A DNA stretch of 56,011 bases from Girardia tigrina. Lineage: Eukaryota. The notes beneath the pieces were generated by a model, which saw only the letters and a program-made list of their open reading frames with translations, was not told where the DNA came from and made no database searches. Below, in pieces: positions 1-15,100 of this stretch; the stretch's first letter is position 1; each line of letters opens with the position of its first letter. The DNA is taken from NCBI GenBank assembly GCA_001938485.1, contig MQRK01223771.1:33231-89241 (forward strand), written 5' to 3'. The position numbers were made by a program, and so were the translations under genes.

Positions 1-274
1 CCAACAAAATACTGATTTGCTTTAATTCTCATCATCATTTTCTGTAATGCTGTTTAATTAAATATATTTTTGTTCGTGTCCGATTATTTTTGAACTGTGT
101 AAAAAATTAATATGGCTTGGTTTTATAAAAAAATTTTTAAATGATTTCATTTTTTTTATGAAAGATATCAAATTGTTAAGCTACACATTTTGGCAAAATT
201 TCATTAATATATTTAATACCATTCAAGAGATATAGCCAATTTTCACTTCGTCCGGTTATTTTTGAGCGCTACTG
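1..274. mobile_element. End of a Tc1/mariner-type element (TIR)
   Basis: Ends ...GAGCGCTACTG followed by TA. Internal direct repeat GTCCG(A/G)TTATTTTTGA at about 78 and 250, as in IR/DR-type Tc1 ends. Confidence 0.5.
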
Positions 275-639
275 TATAAAGAAGAAGTTAAATGAAAACT
301 CCACGGAATTTTTTGAAAGGAAATTATAAAAATTGTATAGAGAGAATCTAAGTCTACTCGTTGAGAGAAGAATATCGTCTACTGACATGGGGGACATTGA
401 ATGCCCCAGAACTTTATCTAACTACACAATAAAAGTCAAATTATGATACTCGGAATTTCGTAACAAATTAACCATCATTTTGTAGATATTTCGATGTGGA
501 TTAAGAATGTGCAATTTGTTTTGCATCAGGAGAAATATTTTTTTGAGGTATATAGAAATGAAAAAGACAAATGCTTAATGAGTTAAAAAAATAAAATTTT
601 GAAAAAATAGATAATTTTTAGAAAAAATACAACTTTTAT

Positions 640-1200
640 TGAGGAATCACATTTTAACGGCAGAACTAGCCAGTAATATGTTCAAAATGCTGTAGTTCGT
701 TTGCTTTCACATGTCTCCGTCGATTTTCGAAGAAACCTACTGTCTTTTGCAAGATATCTGGGCCAATTTCCTAAATTTCTCATTTGATTTAAAGATTGAG
801 CTCGTCAAGATTTGTTGGTTCGGTGATATACACTTTATTTTTGAGGCACCCCAAAAGAAAAAATGTCACGGGCTGAGATTTGGTGTAGATCATGGACAAT
901 CTTATACTGCACCTGTTTTTCTTGACGAGTCTTACTCAATAATTCGATCGATAAAATATTCTTAAAGAAGATCAAAGACATCCTATGTTCGATAAGGTCT
1001 GCATAATCTTGTATGAACCAATAATCCTCTACTATTACTTGACAGATGAGATTAGGGAAGATTTCCTTCTTGAGCATGTTACAATAAGATATAGAGTAAA
1101 GCTTTTCACGATAAAAGATGGCCAAACAATTTCTTCTACGGAAATTGCACACCAAACCGTAACTTTGACTGGATGAAGTGGTTTGATTACTGAATGATGA
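640..1200 (-). mobile_element. Degenerate IS630-Tc1-mariner transposase remnant
   Basis: Minus-strand PLHPVKVTVWCAIS, WFIQD and a disrupted TPNLSP*HFFFWG (WPxRSPDLxPxDFFLWG-like) motif. Several stops and frameshifts. Confidence 0.75.
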
Positions 1201-1399
1201 GTATTTTTAAATATAATAAAATTTTGTTTCAACAATGTCAATATCTTTAATTTAAATTAATAACGAACATCATAAAGATTTAATACAATTGACAACAATC
1301 CTTGATTCCTGGTAATATATTTTTTATAAACATTTAAAGAAAATCAGGAAGCGAATTTCGTTCAAAGTTTTCAAATTTATACAATCGATTGTTGGTGAA

Positions 1400-2280
1400 A
1401 GGATGTGTTCAGTGTGCATCGATTGACCCTCCGCCTATGCACAATGGCAAGGGTAAAATTAGCGTATGGAATACGTGGCAGGGGCCGATAGTGGATGTTA
1501 CCCATAACGGAAGAAAAAGTTCCTCACAGTGGTAGACTTCGGCCCAGTGTGGTTTATGGTTTGGTTCCAGATAGTATTCAAGAATGAAACAGATGTTTGT
1601 GTAGCTATGTTTAGTATTTTGAATAAATTCGAGCCTCCTGAGGAGGTGCTGCTACATAACTAAAATACTTTTCAGGGTGCTGATGTGACGAATCTACTTA
1701 AAAGAGCAGGAATAACTGTCAAGTTTGATGCGTGAACCGCCAGAGAGGCAATGGCATTGTATCATTTATAAAAAGAATGATACCTCGGAGCGCGTCGGAA
1801 AGTGGATGAAATGGTTGCGACAACGAACACAGACGGTCTTATCCTAGCACTAACAGTATTCACTCAGAAGCCCAAAATGTTGTTGCCCAAAGATTTTGCG
1901 TTGATATGACCAGAAGCGCGTTGTGAGATGAAAAGCCAAGATTCAACAGTCAGGAAAGAGGTAAAGGCCAGGGAGTAGCAAAACGCTAACTACAGTACCA
2001 TTACCGCCTCAAGTGGAAGTAAATGAAGCAGCATTTCACATTAGTCAAAGTCAATGGGCCCCCTGCAACAACGGCCCAAATCCAGCGGTCGCAGGATGAA
2101 AAAGAGATTAGGGATGCATCGAAAGCAGTTAAGGTCGACGGGATAAAATTCAGTCAAACATAAAACAATGAAGCAGAAGAGCGATCTCGTAGAATAATTC
2201 AAAGACCAATGCGATTTAATGATTTCGTATGCGCGACCTCGTCCAGGTACCAAAAAGGTCAATGTGTATTTATGTACCTT
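1400..2280 (+). mobile_element. Possible tyrosine-recombinase (DIRS/Crypton-like) element remnant
   Basis: GC-elevated block. The frame from 1562 reads ...DVCVAMFSIL...DVTNLLKRAGITVKFDA*TAREAMALYHL, resembling the L..AGI....HS.R region of tyrosine recombinases with the His lost. Confidence 0.3.
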
Positions 2281-3003
2281 GAGGCAATTGGGGAATGTGA
2301 ATTGCGTGTTATATTAAAAACTATTGTTGTTTGGATATTGTTGATTACGCGGGTAAATCAAAATTAGAGTGAATTGTATTATATATAATTTTTCCTAACT
2401 TTATAACCTTTCTTAGTGAAATATCAACTATGTCTCTTGAAGAGAGCATGTGAAATTTTCTTTTGTTAACATTTAAATCTATAATTATTATTTTATCTTA
2501 ATAATACGGATACGAATAATATCAAAAAATTTCTTCATGTTGATATCCAAATTAACCTCAGTATCTCTGATATGATTAATAGTTAATGTACAAGATCTAT
2601 TCCATTTCATAACTTCCTGTTAAAGTTTACGTATCTGTAAATATACATATATAAATATAAGATATCTAAGATATCTAAATCTAAATATAAAACCTAAACT
2701 TAATTTTCTTTATAAATAACAAAATAATTATAAAATAGTATAATTTCTAATAAATAATGAATATTTCTAGAATCAGTCTCTGGATCATCTTTGAGGAAAA
2801 TCTTTTATAACTAATAGCAAAACAGAAGAGAATTCATTAACCAATCATTAAATAGGAAATTGTCATAAAAGCAAAAGATACATTAAATAAACTAATAATT
2901 TGTTGATATAATTATATATTATATAAATAAAATAAAACAATTAATATTTCATTTTCGGATATGTGCAATTAGATCTTATTCTTTAGTATAATCAAATCAT
3001 CAA

Positions 3004-3166
3004 ATGCTCAGAAAATCATTTTTTATTGCATTTTTATTTTTACGTTTTCATTCCCAGTCTCTTAATCCTTTGGAAAGGTTTGATCAATCGTCCAGCAGCC
3101 TCAAAAAACCCATCCATGAATCTTCAGTTGTCAATATTAAAATCACTCATTTGTCAGTCGAAATCG
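3004..3166 (+). CDS. Exon 1: signal peptide and Ser-rich N-terminus
   Basis: ATG at 3004 gives MLRKSFFIAFLFLRFHSQSLNPLERFDQSSSSLKKPIHESSVVNIKITHLSVEI (basic N-end plus hydrophobic core). Donor G|GTATTT is phase 1 and joins exon 2 as GGA (Gly). An AG at 3056-3057 could instead make this an internal exon. Confidence 0.65.
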
Positions 3167-6100
3167 GTATTTTATTTAAATAGATTTTATTAATTTACAA
3201 GATACAAATCTTAAAAATAAATTTATTTAATAAATTATTTTAAAATATGTTTTTTTCTATTGAAAAAAATTTTTAAAAAAATCGAAAATAAATTTAATAC
3301 AAAATTATTTTTGTTTATTATTTTAATAATTAAAATTAACTGTTTTTAAACAAAACATACTCTAGAGGTTAATTTTAAAATTTTAAAAATAATAAACCAA
3401 CTTATTTTTTAAATCTAATTATTTTATTAATAATAAATTGATAAAAAAAACAATAAAGTGAAAAATATCTTAGTAAAAAAATTTTAAAAAAATACACAAG
3501 AAATGAAAATTTGGATTTATTTTTTTAATTTAATATTGTTTGTCATAACTTGATTACTCAATGACAATCATTATTAATTATGAAATAATAATGATAAATT
3601 AATTATAAAAAATATAAAAAAAATTAAATTAAAAAAATATGTTGACTTAAAAAGAAAAAATACACAAAAATAATTTAATTTATTTTTTAACTTATAATTT
3701 TTTTGTTATAGTTTGAATACTAATATTACTTCATTACTTTGATGAAAATGTCCTTTCATTTTTCATTCAACCCTTCCTTTTGTTTTGCATATTGATTTAA
3801 AATTCAACGTACCATTTTGATAAAATGGTTCATTTATTTTATATATTTTATTTAAAATTATTGGATTACACAAAGCCTATTTGATAAAATTGTAATTTTT
3901 TTTACAATTGGAAGAAGATTTTATAAATATAATTTCTGGGTTAGAGATAAGAATACAGCCTTTTTTCAAAATAAAAAAAATTATTAAACAATAAAACATT
4001 TAATAAAATCTAAAAATTTTAAAAAAGAATAAAATAAAAAAAGAAGAAAATTTTTGTTATTATTTTTAAATTTTTTAATTCGTACTCGTGATTTATATAA
4101 AGCTTAAAGGACAAAGACAAATAGATGAGCTAGAAGCTATTGAGTTTCTACAAGCGAGAGGCCTACTCAAAAACACAGTTATATGTGAATCGTATTCATA
4201 TCCCTTGAAGCTCCAACAGTACGAAAGGCAGCAGAATGGCTATATCCGGGGTTGTGGTTCATTTATTAATAAGACTTCTAATAGAACAGCAATTTTTCTA
4301 AAGAATTCTAAATTCGGATTGAAAGAACTGTTAAATTTGATGTTCAAATTCAACGAGATTGAATTGGTACACCAGAGCAGACTCAAACATTGCTAGAAAC
4401 ATAGTTTCTAGGTGGTTTAATGTATTCAAGTTTACACTGGAGAAAAGCCTTTAGGCAGACTTTGAGGAAGAAACGGTGCAACTATTTAAATTGATGAATG
4501 GGTGATTGCCAAACAAAAGTGCAATCGTAGATGTGTAATTCTTCAACAATGGCTCTTTGGAGCTGTTGATGGGATTAATAATTATTTTATTTTTGTGAGG
4601 AATATTTTGAATGTTTGATGTTTTGTGTTTGAACGTGCATGTTGATTTGGAAATGTATCTCTCCTACCCAGATGGATGATTAATATTTGAATTCTTTTTA
4701 TCTAAAAATATGTTATGTTTAAATTTATTTTTAATTTCAAATAATTTTACAATTTTAAAAGTTAATTATTTTTTACAATTTTTAATAAATAATTCAAATT
4801 AATCTTTTTTAAACAATTAATAATCATTTTAATTTCTATCCAATAAGTTTTTAATAAATATTTTATTAAAATATTTTTTTCCCCATTTGCTAAAAAATAA
4901 TAAGAATTAATTCATTAATCAATTTAGTTTAGAATGCAATCGTACGAAAGCTTTAACAAAGATTGTCTTCAGGACAATCAAAATTGTTGTTTAAATAAAA
5001 ATATGAAAAGTCAAATTGTTCTTAATAATTTTAAAGTACATTGATAATAGAAGCAGTTACATTGAAAAGTTTAATAATTGATTCACTTACTACATGATTA
5101 ATTCCAACCACTGGAGTTTATATATGACTATTTTTAATAAGGACCTTGGTTTTAATCACGAGAATTTGGCAGATCCTAATTCTGGTGCACATTCTAATAA
5201 CATCGAAAACCTTTGAATGTTATTAAAACAGGCACTAAGAGAAAGTATTTGAGAAAAACATGAGTCATTTGGATCTTTATTTGGTAGACTTCTGTATAAG
5301 GCAGAAATATTAAAAAAATGTAAATTTGAAAAAAGTCTGTATTTTAATCTCTCACCAGTTTTTTTTCTTGAGAGCAAATTAATTATGGTCGTGGACATGA
5401 TATTTATATTGTATATGTAGGAATTTTTATGGCTTGAAAATTGCCTTGTTATTAACTATGAAGTGAAGAGGAACTTTTTTATGCTTAAGTTGTTGGACAA
5501 AGATAGGAATTTCAATCGTGAAAATATTCGAAACTAGGATTGTGTTCTACAATAAATTGTGAACTTAAAAATTGAATTTTTTAGATGCTTAATATATTTA
5601 TTATATCAATTTTAACAATCAATTTCAAATTGTTTTTGTCAATTTTATAGCGCTATAAAATGAAAATAAAGTAATTTTTTTGGGTGGCCCTAATTATCAG
5701 TAATTTTCTAACCTAAAGTCCCAGGATTTTTATTTTCTTTATAGCTGATAATTACATAGTCAAAAAATAGAAATATTTATTATTTCAAGAGAACATTTTC
5801 CAATATTAGAAACGTTTTTTTCATTTTCATGGTGTTTACCATGTTTATATTTTTATAAAATATTTTTTTTATTTTTTATTATTTTTGAAACTTGCAACCT
5901 GGCAAGAAATAATTGTTGCACTTATTAAAAGACTTTATTTTGTTCTTTCCAAACATAATTTAATTAATTTTCCTAAAATTATAAATTACGTACTCAATTA
6001 AATGTGATTATTTGTTTTTTTCAGGAAAGCCTATAAAAATAAAATTCTGGAAGAAAAACGAACACCTTAAAGTCCATGCAGGAATGAGCCTGACGGTTAA

Positions 6101-9100
6101 ATGTCGAGTCACCGGTAAGCCTGAACCCTCTGTTTTTTGGTTCAAAAACTCGGAGCCTGTAAATACAAACGATAGCGAAAAAATATTTTCTAGAAGAAGG
6201 TTTGAGTCAAATGAAATTCAATTATTTTATCGATCATATTACTTCGTATAAATAATATACTTAATAAATAATAAATTACAGTAAGTAAAAATATAAATGA
6301 AATGATAGGTGATTAATATATAAATTTAAAATTTTTGAAAAATCATTGCTCAACATTGTCCTTAAATAGAATAATATAAAATATATTTGACGGATCATTT
6401 GTAGATAAATCATGAAAACAATACTTATTTTCACAAGTTACTGAGTTTATGCGTAAACTTTTAAAATCTTTTTAATTAATGAGAGCGGCTTTAATTTACT
6501 TTTCAAAAGATCATATTGAAGGTCTCACAAGGAATCATAACAGTATTAAGAATGCCAGTTGTTAGGGGTCTCTCAGTATCTTTAATAGTTAGTCTTATAA
6601 TTGATGGAATGGGATATTGTAAAACGATTACTAATTCTACAATAAATGCTGATAAGTTAAGGAATATGTTTTAGGAGCTGTGTAAGTATTAAAGAAATGT
6701 TAGGAAAATTGAAAATGCTTGCTTAATTTTGGATAATTTACGTGTTCGCAGACGGTATGATATTCAAAGAATAACATTACAATGTGGTTTTGCAATAAAA
6801 TTTTTATCACCTTATTCTCACGTATATGCTTAACCTTATTGAAAATTCATTTTATATTGTTATCTTCTGTCGGAACGGCCGAATACTCCATAATAAAAAA
6901 GTAAATAACGTTTCGGTAAAAATTTATTTCTATAAACAATTTTCTACTCTTGAAATTTTTTCACAAACTCTGAATATTAAAACAATTTCTTTATTTTAAT
7001 ATTAGTTACTTTTTGGAGGAACCAATTTATTTAAATTACCAACCATACATAGTACAAATATTTATATACATATAAATAGTTTAATTATTTAACTTAATTA
7101 TTATGATAAAATTTTCTTAAAGAATTTTACATTATTATTATTCATTTAAATTAATTTACTACATCAAAAATTTTAGCTTCCAATTTAATCCCTAACATAT
7201 ATAGTAAAAAATGGTGTTATATCTAAACTTAGGCAAGAAGCAACAGGTACATTGTCTGAAATCAATAATGGCAGAAACAACGAGCATGCCTTCTATTGAC
7301 TAATCAGGCTATTTTAAGCATATTCTTCGAAACATTATCAATCGTGCAGCTGGATTGGCATATATTTATCAATAAATTGATTTTTGGTTTTAATTTTGCT
7401 AAATTCTTAAAAAAATAAAAAAAAATATTTATTGATTATTAAAAAGACTAAATTCACCGAAAAATGGTATATTTTGGTATTACATATTTGCTTCTAGTGA
7501 CCATTTATTTATTGTGGCATTATAAAAAATAGATTTTTTTTGCTTAAATATAAAGCATAGAACTTTTTTACTTAAATATAAAACATAGAATTTTCATTCA
7601 CGTAAATATAACACAGAATTAATATTATAACAGAAATAATATTATTTCAAGATATGGCCAGAACACATCAAATCCTGCATGATCTATGAATTCTGCACTA
7701 AATACATGTCACAAAAGATATTTGCAATTTAATTGTTTCAATCAATAATTACAACATGGAAGTTTTCAGTACCAGAAGAAATAAAGTTCTTAATGTTTAT
7801 ATTTTTGACAATCAATCAAAAAGATTAGAATCAAATATTGCAATATGCCGACTCTATTCTGTTGAACAGTCAAGCAATGATATATTTTTAGTTAAGCGTT
7901 TGTATATTACAGATTTTCATTTGAAGACATGTTCTTGTAAAAGAAATTTTGAGTTTGGCATTCCCTGCAGCCATTTATGCGCGGTGATTCTATTTTTGAG
8001 ACAAGATCTGATGATTTTCACTGAAGAATTTTTTATAGGAAGTAACTTTTCAAGATCTTATGCAGAGCCAATAGTTCCACTATCATAATTTACGTCAACA
8101 AAAATTCTATGCTTTATATTTACTGCTTTATATTCTGTAATATTCTGTTATAATATTAATTCTATTTTATATTTACGCCAATAAAAATTCTATGTTTTAT
8201 ATTTAAGCAAAAAATTCTATGCTTTATAATTAAATATAAAAAATTCTATTTTTTATATATAAGCAAAAAAATTCTATTTATTATATTTTCCCTTATTTAT
8301 TTGATAGAAGATTCAAAGAACAGCAACAATTGGTAAAATTATTTTGTGGTCAATAGTGACCATTTAATTTCACATTTCTTGTTAGGTTGTGCCTTTATCA
8401 CCAATTTCTAAAATAAAATCCATAATGTAAAAATTTGTTTTAAAATTTTTTTTTCTGATTTTTAAAAATTTTAAGAATTTTAAATTTTGAAAATTAAACC
8501 ATAATAACAGTTCATTTTTTTTTTAGAAAATTTCGATATAAACTTTAAATTTTTTAAGAACACCATTTTTGCAACATCGCGTTCTTTAAAATTTAAAACT
8601 TATCAGAGTATCTCTCTAGATTATTATCTATTGGTTTCATAAATGGTAAATTAATAAAAATAATTTAACAAATTCAACAGAAAAAATAGTAAATGGAATA
8701 TGACACTCTTACGGTACACGGTCCAAGAAATGATTCTTTAGATTATTATAACCTAATGAAGTTGGAATGATCCTAACTAGTAATATTTTATGATAATTGA
8801 ATAAATAAATTAATAATTAATAATTGACTTCTAAAATTTTAAGCGCTATTTGTTCCAAAGGTCGTTATATTTATAGTTTTCTTTAATAATATTTACGTTA
8901 AAAACCATTTCATATTTTAGAATTTATTGACGTGTAACTACCTTTACATCACTTTCACCTAAAGTTCTCACATCAATCATCTATGGTCCTTCTCAGAATG
9001 TTTATGTATTTTGGTGGACTTACCAAAAGTACTTGATCCGAGGAAGAAGCAAAACATTTGTCCTATATTTTAAGTAGTTTCATTTACCTATGAGTTCCAA

Positions 9101-12100
9101 GTTTTAAATATCTACATTTAAAAAAATTAAACACATAAAATATTCATATTTGAAAATTAAAATATCCTTGAGGCAAGTAAAATATTATTTGTTAATTAAT
9201 TTCAAAGGTTTAACCGTTATGATCAGAACAAATAATTTTTAAAAAGGGTATTGCTTATATACTTTACGGTTCTTGAATATGTAACCAATACGTATTCAGT
9301 CAATGGAATAATTAATTTAAGATGCTGGATCCTAAAATAATGTGCTAATGGTTCTCATAAAACTTTATTGTGAATTAAATGTAATGATGATGTATTTATT
9401 ATATAATAATACATTGTACTTGTATAAGAAACTTTTTTTAAATCATCTGTTCTGATGATGATTGTTAAACTGTCCAAATTAACCAATTTATGCCTTCATA
9501 TATATTTTCATTTTCAATTTTTTGGTTAATAAATTTGGATTTGAATGTGTAGAGGCTATTACTTCTGGGGAGAATGATCTGGTTTCTCCTTTATATGAAA
9601 AGTGTTTCATTTCTGATTGGACTGAAGGATCGTCGAATGCAATAAACGATGTGATGGTTCCGTTTCCTTGGTCGTTTTCAATAATTTCAACTTTCCCAAT
9701 CTCGAAAAAATCGACACAGAATAATGTGGTTTGTAAATAAAGACCGACAGCGGCCGAAATTTTAACTATTTAGATGTAAAATAAAAAATGAGAATTTTCG
9801 AAATTAATAATTTATTTCATGAAAGTTACTTGAGTATTTCCAATTTAAAAAAAGTGAAAGATGGCATAATAAAAATTGTCAGTGAAAACAACTGATTTTT
9901 TGTAAATAATTAATATAGTAATTTTAAATATATATATACAGAGGTGGCCATAAGTCGCTTTACCCAATTTTAATAATAATAAACACAAAATTCTAAATGA
10001 TTTATAAACAAAAACCAGATAAAATTTTTTGTTTTAATAATTATTTATTTAAAAATTTTTAAAATTATTTCATTTTGTTCATTGTTGTTAGCAATATTGG
10101 CATATCACGACAATTAACACTTCAGCAACGAATTTTTATAGTAAAGCAGTGGATAAAGCATGATAGAAATTCAAGAGCTGTAACTGCAGCATTTACAAAA
10201 GAGTATCCTAATGACGATTCTCCATCACGACAATCAATGCATGTTTTGGCTAAAAAGTTTCACGAGACGGCTCTATAACCGTCAAGAAAAGAAGTGGGCG
10301 CCCTAACAATATGAATACCTATGAAAATAAAGAAAATGTTAGAACCAACAATCTTTCTCCAGGAATTTGTGTGTGGGGAGGAATACGTTCAACTGTTGTG
10401 ATGGGTCCATACTTCTTTGATTGAACGGTCAAATCTCAGCTATATCTCGACATGCTGCGTGATTTTGCAGCTTGACACAGATAACGACGTTTGGATGCAA
10501 GACGGTGCTCCCCCTCATTATGGTAGAAATGTACGCGACTTTTTGGATAACACTTTTGAGATGTGGATCGGCAGGAGAGGAACCACTGAATGGCCTACAC
10601 GATCCCCGGGACCTGACACCTTGTGATTATTCAATGTAGGGTATCCTGAAGGAACGCTTTTACTCACAAAATGTTCTAACCATATTCGAGTTGAAAGAAA
10701 GAACTACTGGAGAATTTGCAGCCTTGAACAACGATAAAGACTTGTGCCGACGAATCTGTCACTTTGTTCAGAGAAGAATCCAGTTGTGTATTAAATCTGA
10801 AGGACGACACTTTGAAGATAAGATTTAATTGTTTTCAAGTTTTTGTTTTGAAATTATTATTGTACGCTGATTAAATAAAAGTTGCATCATTTAGAATTTT
10901 GTGTTTATTATTATTAAAACTGGGTNNNNNNNNNNNNNNNNNNNNNNNNNNNNNNNNNNNNNNNNNNNNNNNNNNNNNNNNNTATATATATATATAATTA
11001 TTAATATTGATTTTAATTATGTTTTTTAAATTATATTAAATCAAATTTTTCATTTAATTTAATAGCTTTTTGTTTTTTTATTATAAATGATAAAAGTGGT
11101 CACTACAGTATGCTCCAAAATAATAAAATATTTATAAAACAATATTTAGATTAGGAATTTTAGAGTTTTGCAGTGGGTCACTAAAAATCTCTTTAGATTA
11201 CTAAGATATACTATATAGAGGGTCGTTAAAGACCCCTTTGACATAAATTAGTTAATAAAAATGTGCATTTGAATCGGCCTGATGAATTATTATTTGATAA
11301 TTTAACAATAATACTTTAGATTATTTACAAATATTTTAAAATTTATGATAACACAACTAATATTATTTACAATAAATAAAATATAAAATATATCAAATTG
11401 AAAGTGGTAAAATTGTTTTTGTCTTCGAGATCTCATTTACTTTTATATCATACACAAACCGCGTGTATGAAAAAGATTGTATATTAAAATAAGTTTAAAC
11501 TGTCAAGCAATATTAAAGACCACAGTCACCTATATGCTTTGAAATCCCTTTATTCAAGGATATATATTTTTAAAATAAATTAATTAACTATTTTAATTAT
11601 TTTTGGACAACTAAAATAACTGTTTGATGATCTTTATAAAAAATCACATCTAATTTGATCTTTAAGAAAAGAATATAAAACTATAAGAAGTAAGTGTCGC
11701 TATAATAGTTCTTTACACATTTATCTGGAAACTTAAAAACAGTACTTTAATTGTTTAAAGGAATAACATCAGAAATGGAAACATTAAACAGAATTAAATA
11801 CCGGCAAAAATATGTTTTGTTGTTAAATCTTTGGGCAATGGATGTGAATTCAAAACTTTGGGATTTGAAAATTATCAAAAATTAAAGTCATTGAAATCTC
11901 GAAATTGAGAGCAGCGGAGTCAAACCCGGTTCTTACTAGTCTTATTTGTATCTGCATAATCTTATACGAATAAAAAATTCTTATTTGAAAACCACATACT
12001 TTTAGAAACGAAGCCATTTTATATTTTCCTTCAATATCTATGGAAGACACGTCAAATTATTCATGTAAAGCAAGTAACTCCAATGGCTATATTAACAAAT

Positions 12101-15100
12101 GGATTGAAATTAAAGGTAATCTTAAATATTAAATAATCATTCTTACAATTTTATTTCTAATTTCTTTATCCTTTTTTGTATAAATTATACTTGTGACATT
12201 AACAGATGTCATAAAATTAATTTAAAAACTTTTTCTACAAAAGATACAGGTTAGACTAATATTTCACAGTGATAGATATAAACGTAGTATTTGTGACGTT
12301 ACTCAAAACACTACCATGTTGAGCCAAAAGTTACTCATCTTTATTATTTTATAAAACTTTTTGTTTTACCAGATCATTTAAGTCTAACATTTATTTGCAA
12401 CATTTGGTATCATTTAAAACCCATAAAAATGGGAATCAAACTACACTTTATAAGTTAAATCTTTAAACTTGATTCCCCTATCTTTTCCATTTTTTATTAG
12501 CTTACTTTCTATATATATATATACAGTAGCCGCTGATTTATTTGAATCCTTGGGGATTTGTAAAAGGTTCAAATAACTCAATTATGAAAATTATGTCATA
12601 ATTTTAAAAATGCCATAAAATCATTTGGAAAAATAATGAAACACTATTTTTACTAAACTTTATTTCAAAACAAAGCCATTATCATTCAATTTTGTTTGTT
12701 TGGAAGCATTTTCTTTTTCAATATGAATAATTTTCTTAATTTTGTTTAAGGATTGAAATAAATCAATATCACTATTTTCAGTACACATAATAAAATTTCT
12801 CAATGTGTTTATCGTCTCATATACAACTTGATATCCTGGTTTTATGAGTGTAGTTTCCTCATATTCTTCTTTGTTGTTAACAACGTCTTCAACCACATTT
12901 ATATGACTGATATTTTCAATAGCTATTACAACAATCTGATCCACTGTAACGGTTTCCTTTATTAAGGAAGGATTAACGTTACAGATTTTATCAAAAGATG
13001 AATCTGTGTTTAAAAGATCCTGTAATTCTTTTACTTCATTTGTTGCATCAGTTTCATAGTAAAGTTCATTGCTTTTAAAAGATTCATGATTCTTAAAGCT
13101 ATAGTTAAAGCAGTCGGTAATTAAGTCCTTTTCAATCATATCCCACGCCTCCGAAGTCAAATAAATTGCTTCACGGAGAGTAACACTTTTAATTAAAACA
13201 TTTTATTGACATTTATCGACAAGCTTTTTCAACAAACTCTTTTTGTAAAATGATTTGAAACTTTTTATTATTCCTTGATCAAGTGGCTGCAATAGAGATG
13301 TTGAATTCGGAAGTAGATATTGCACCTTAACATTTTTTAATATTAAAGTGGGATTAATACTGTGGCACGGCGCATTGTCTAATAGTAAAACGATTTCTCT
13401 CTTTCTTCGTATCATTTGACTATCCACTTTCTGAAGCCAGGAGTTAAATATCTTACTGTCCATCCAGGATGATCTGTTAGATTCATAAATAACTGGGAGA
13501 CTTTTTACATATCTGAAACATCTAGGTTTCTTAGATTTTCCAATAACAAGTGGTGGTAATTTGTCACACCCGGTAAAATTTGCCGCAAACAAAACAGTGA
13601 TTCTGTTTTTAGAATTGTTAAAAATTTACATCTGTCCTCTTTAGTAGTTAATCTGGTAAAAGTTCAAAAAATAATCCTGTTTCATCAGCATTGTAAATTT
13701 GTTCTGGAGAGTATTTAGCCAATAGTTTATGTAGTTCATTTTTTCTCCACTCACCTGTAGTTTTATGATCAATTCTGTCTTTGTTTCCTACAGTTTTCTT
13801 TACTACTAAATCGTGTTTATTTTTAAATCCATTATACCACCCATCACTGGCTTTAAATTTATTGATACTCAAACTTGATGTCACTTCCTTCGCTTTTTTT
13901 AATTACATCAGCATTGGTAGGAATTCTATGATCTCTCAGTAATCTTATAAATTCCAAAATTGTATCTTCCAGCTCTGGATTTTTACCCTTTGCAATTTTC
14001 GACTTACCACTTCTACAATTTGAATCTGTCATTTTAAATATTTCTTTTTTTTCTTTTCCAATAAGAAAGGGTTGTATCACTTATACCATATACGGCAGCA
14101 AGATCTTTCTGTGTCTTCAATTTATCTTCAAGTAGTTAGCGAACTTTCGCTTTCTCCTTAAAAGATAAGCTGATTTTCCGTTTTCTTGAAAGCTTTTCAT
14201 TTTTATTCATCATTTTACGCTTCTAAAAAATAAAATTAATTTATAAAAAATGTGTAAAAAATCAACATTTCCCTATAATAAATACCAAATAAAAATACTT
14301 ACTTATTTAAAATGGTATTTTTAAAATGTATTTTTAAAACAACATTAAATTATTTGAATTTTTAATTATAATATTCAAATAACTAAATAATTTAAATAAC
14401 TCTGCTAAAATTTTAAAATTTTTCTATTTTCTTCAAATAGCTGAGAGTTTAAATAACTGAGCGTTCAAATAACTCAATAACTATATATATATATATATTC
14501 ATGGAATTTAGAAACCTACTTTTGAAGATTTTTTACAAAATCAATTTTCCCAAACTTTGCATACTTAAACATTTATGATGACAACAAATGATTAGGTAAA
14601 ATTTGATCAAACTAGTATATTGAAACATTGTTTTTACAAAAAACGTTTTACGATTATCCACAAATGTTTAAACTGTATTATATAAAAATATTTTGGTTTT
14701 TTTCCTTCCATGCTTTATAATAAATTTATCATATTATTAGCAACTATTTAATTGCAGAAAGGAGTTGTAAAAATTTTTGGTATGACATTTTCCATTCTAA
14801 AAAAGATTTAAATAATTGCTAATAACATAATTAATTTATTAAAAAATGTAATAGTAATTGCCCTTCTACAAAAGATTACAAAAAATTTTGTTGGCCAAGT
14901 AGAGTTCTGCCCACATAAAGAATGGATATTAAAATTTTTTTTTGATTTACTACTTATATTTTAGAATAATTGAAGAAAAAACAATAATTTGCGTCTTATT
15001 ACGACATTATTGGAAAAACTCTTAAAAACAGCAGCTACAACTCGATAAAACTGCAACGTGGAAGGCAAGCGTGTACTATAAGAAAATACAGTTCAAATGG

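Noticed and set aside
6200-6251. C-terminal extension FESNEIQLFYRSYYFV of ORF 6012-6251
   Set aside because: This is read-through into intron 2. The Ig domain is completed in frame by exon 12006-12115.
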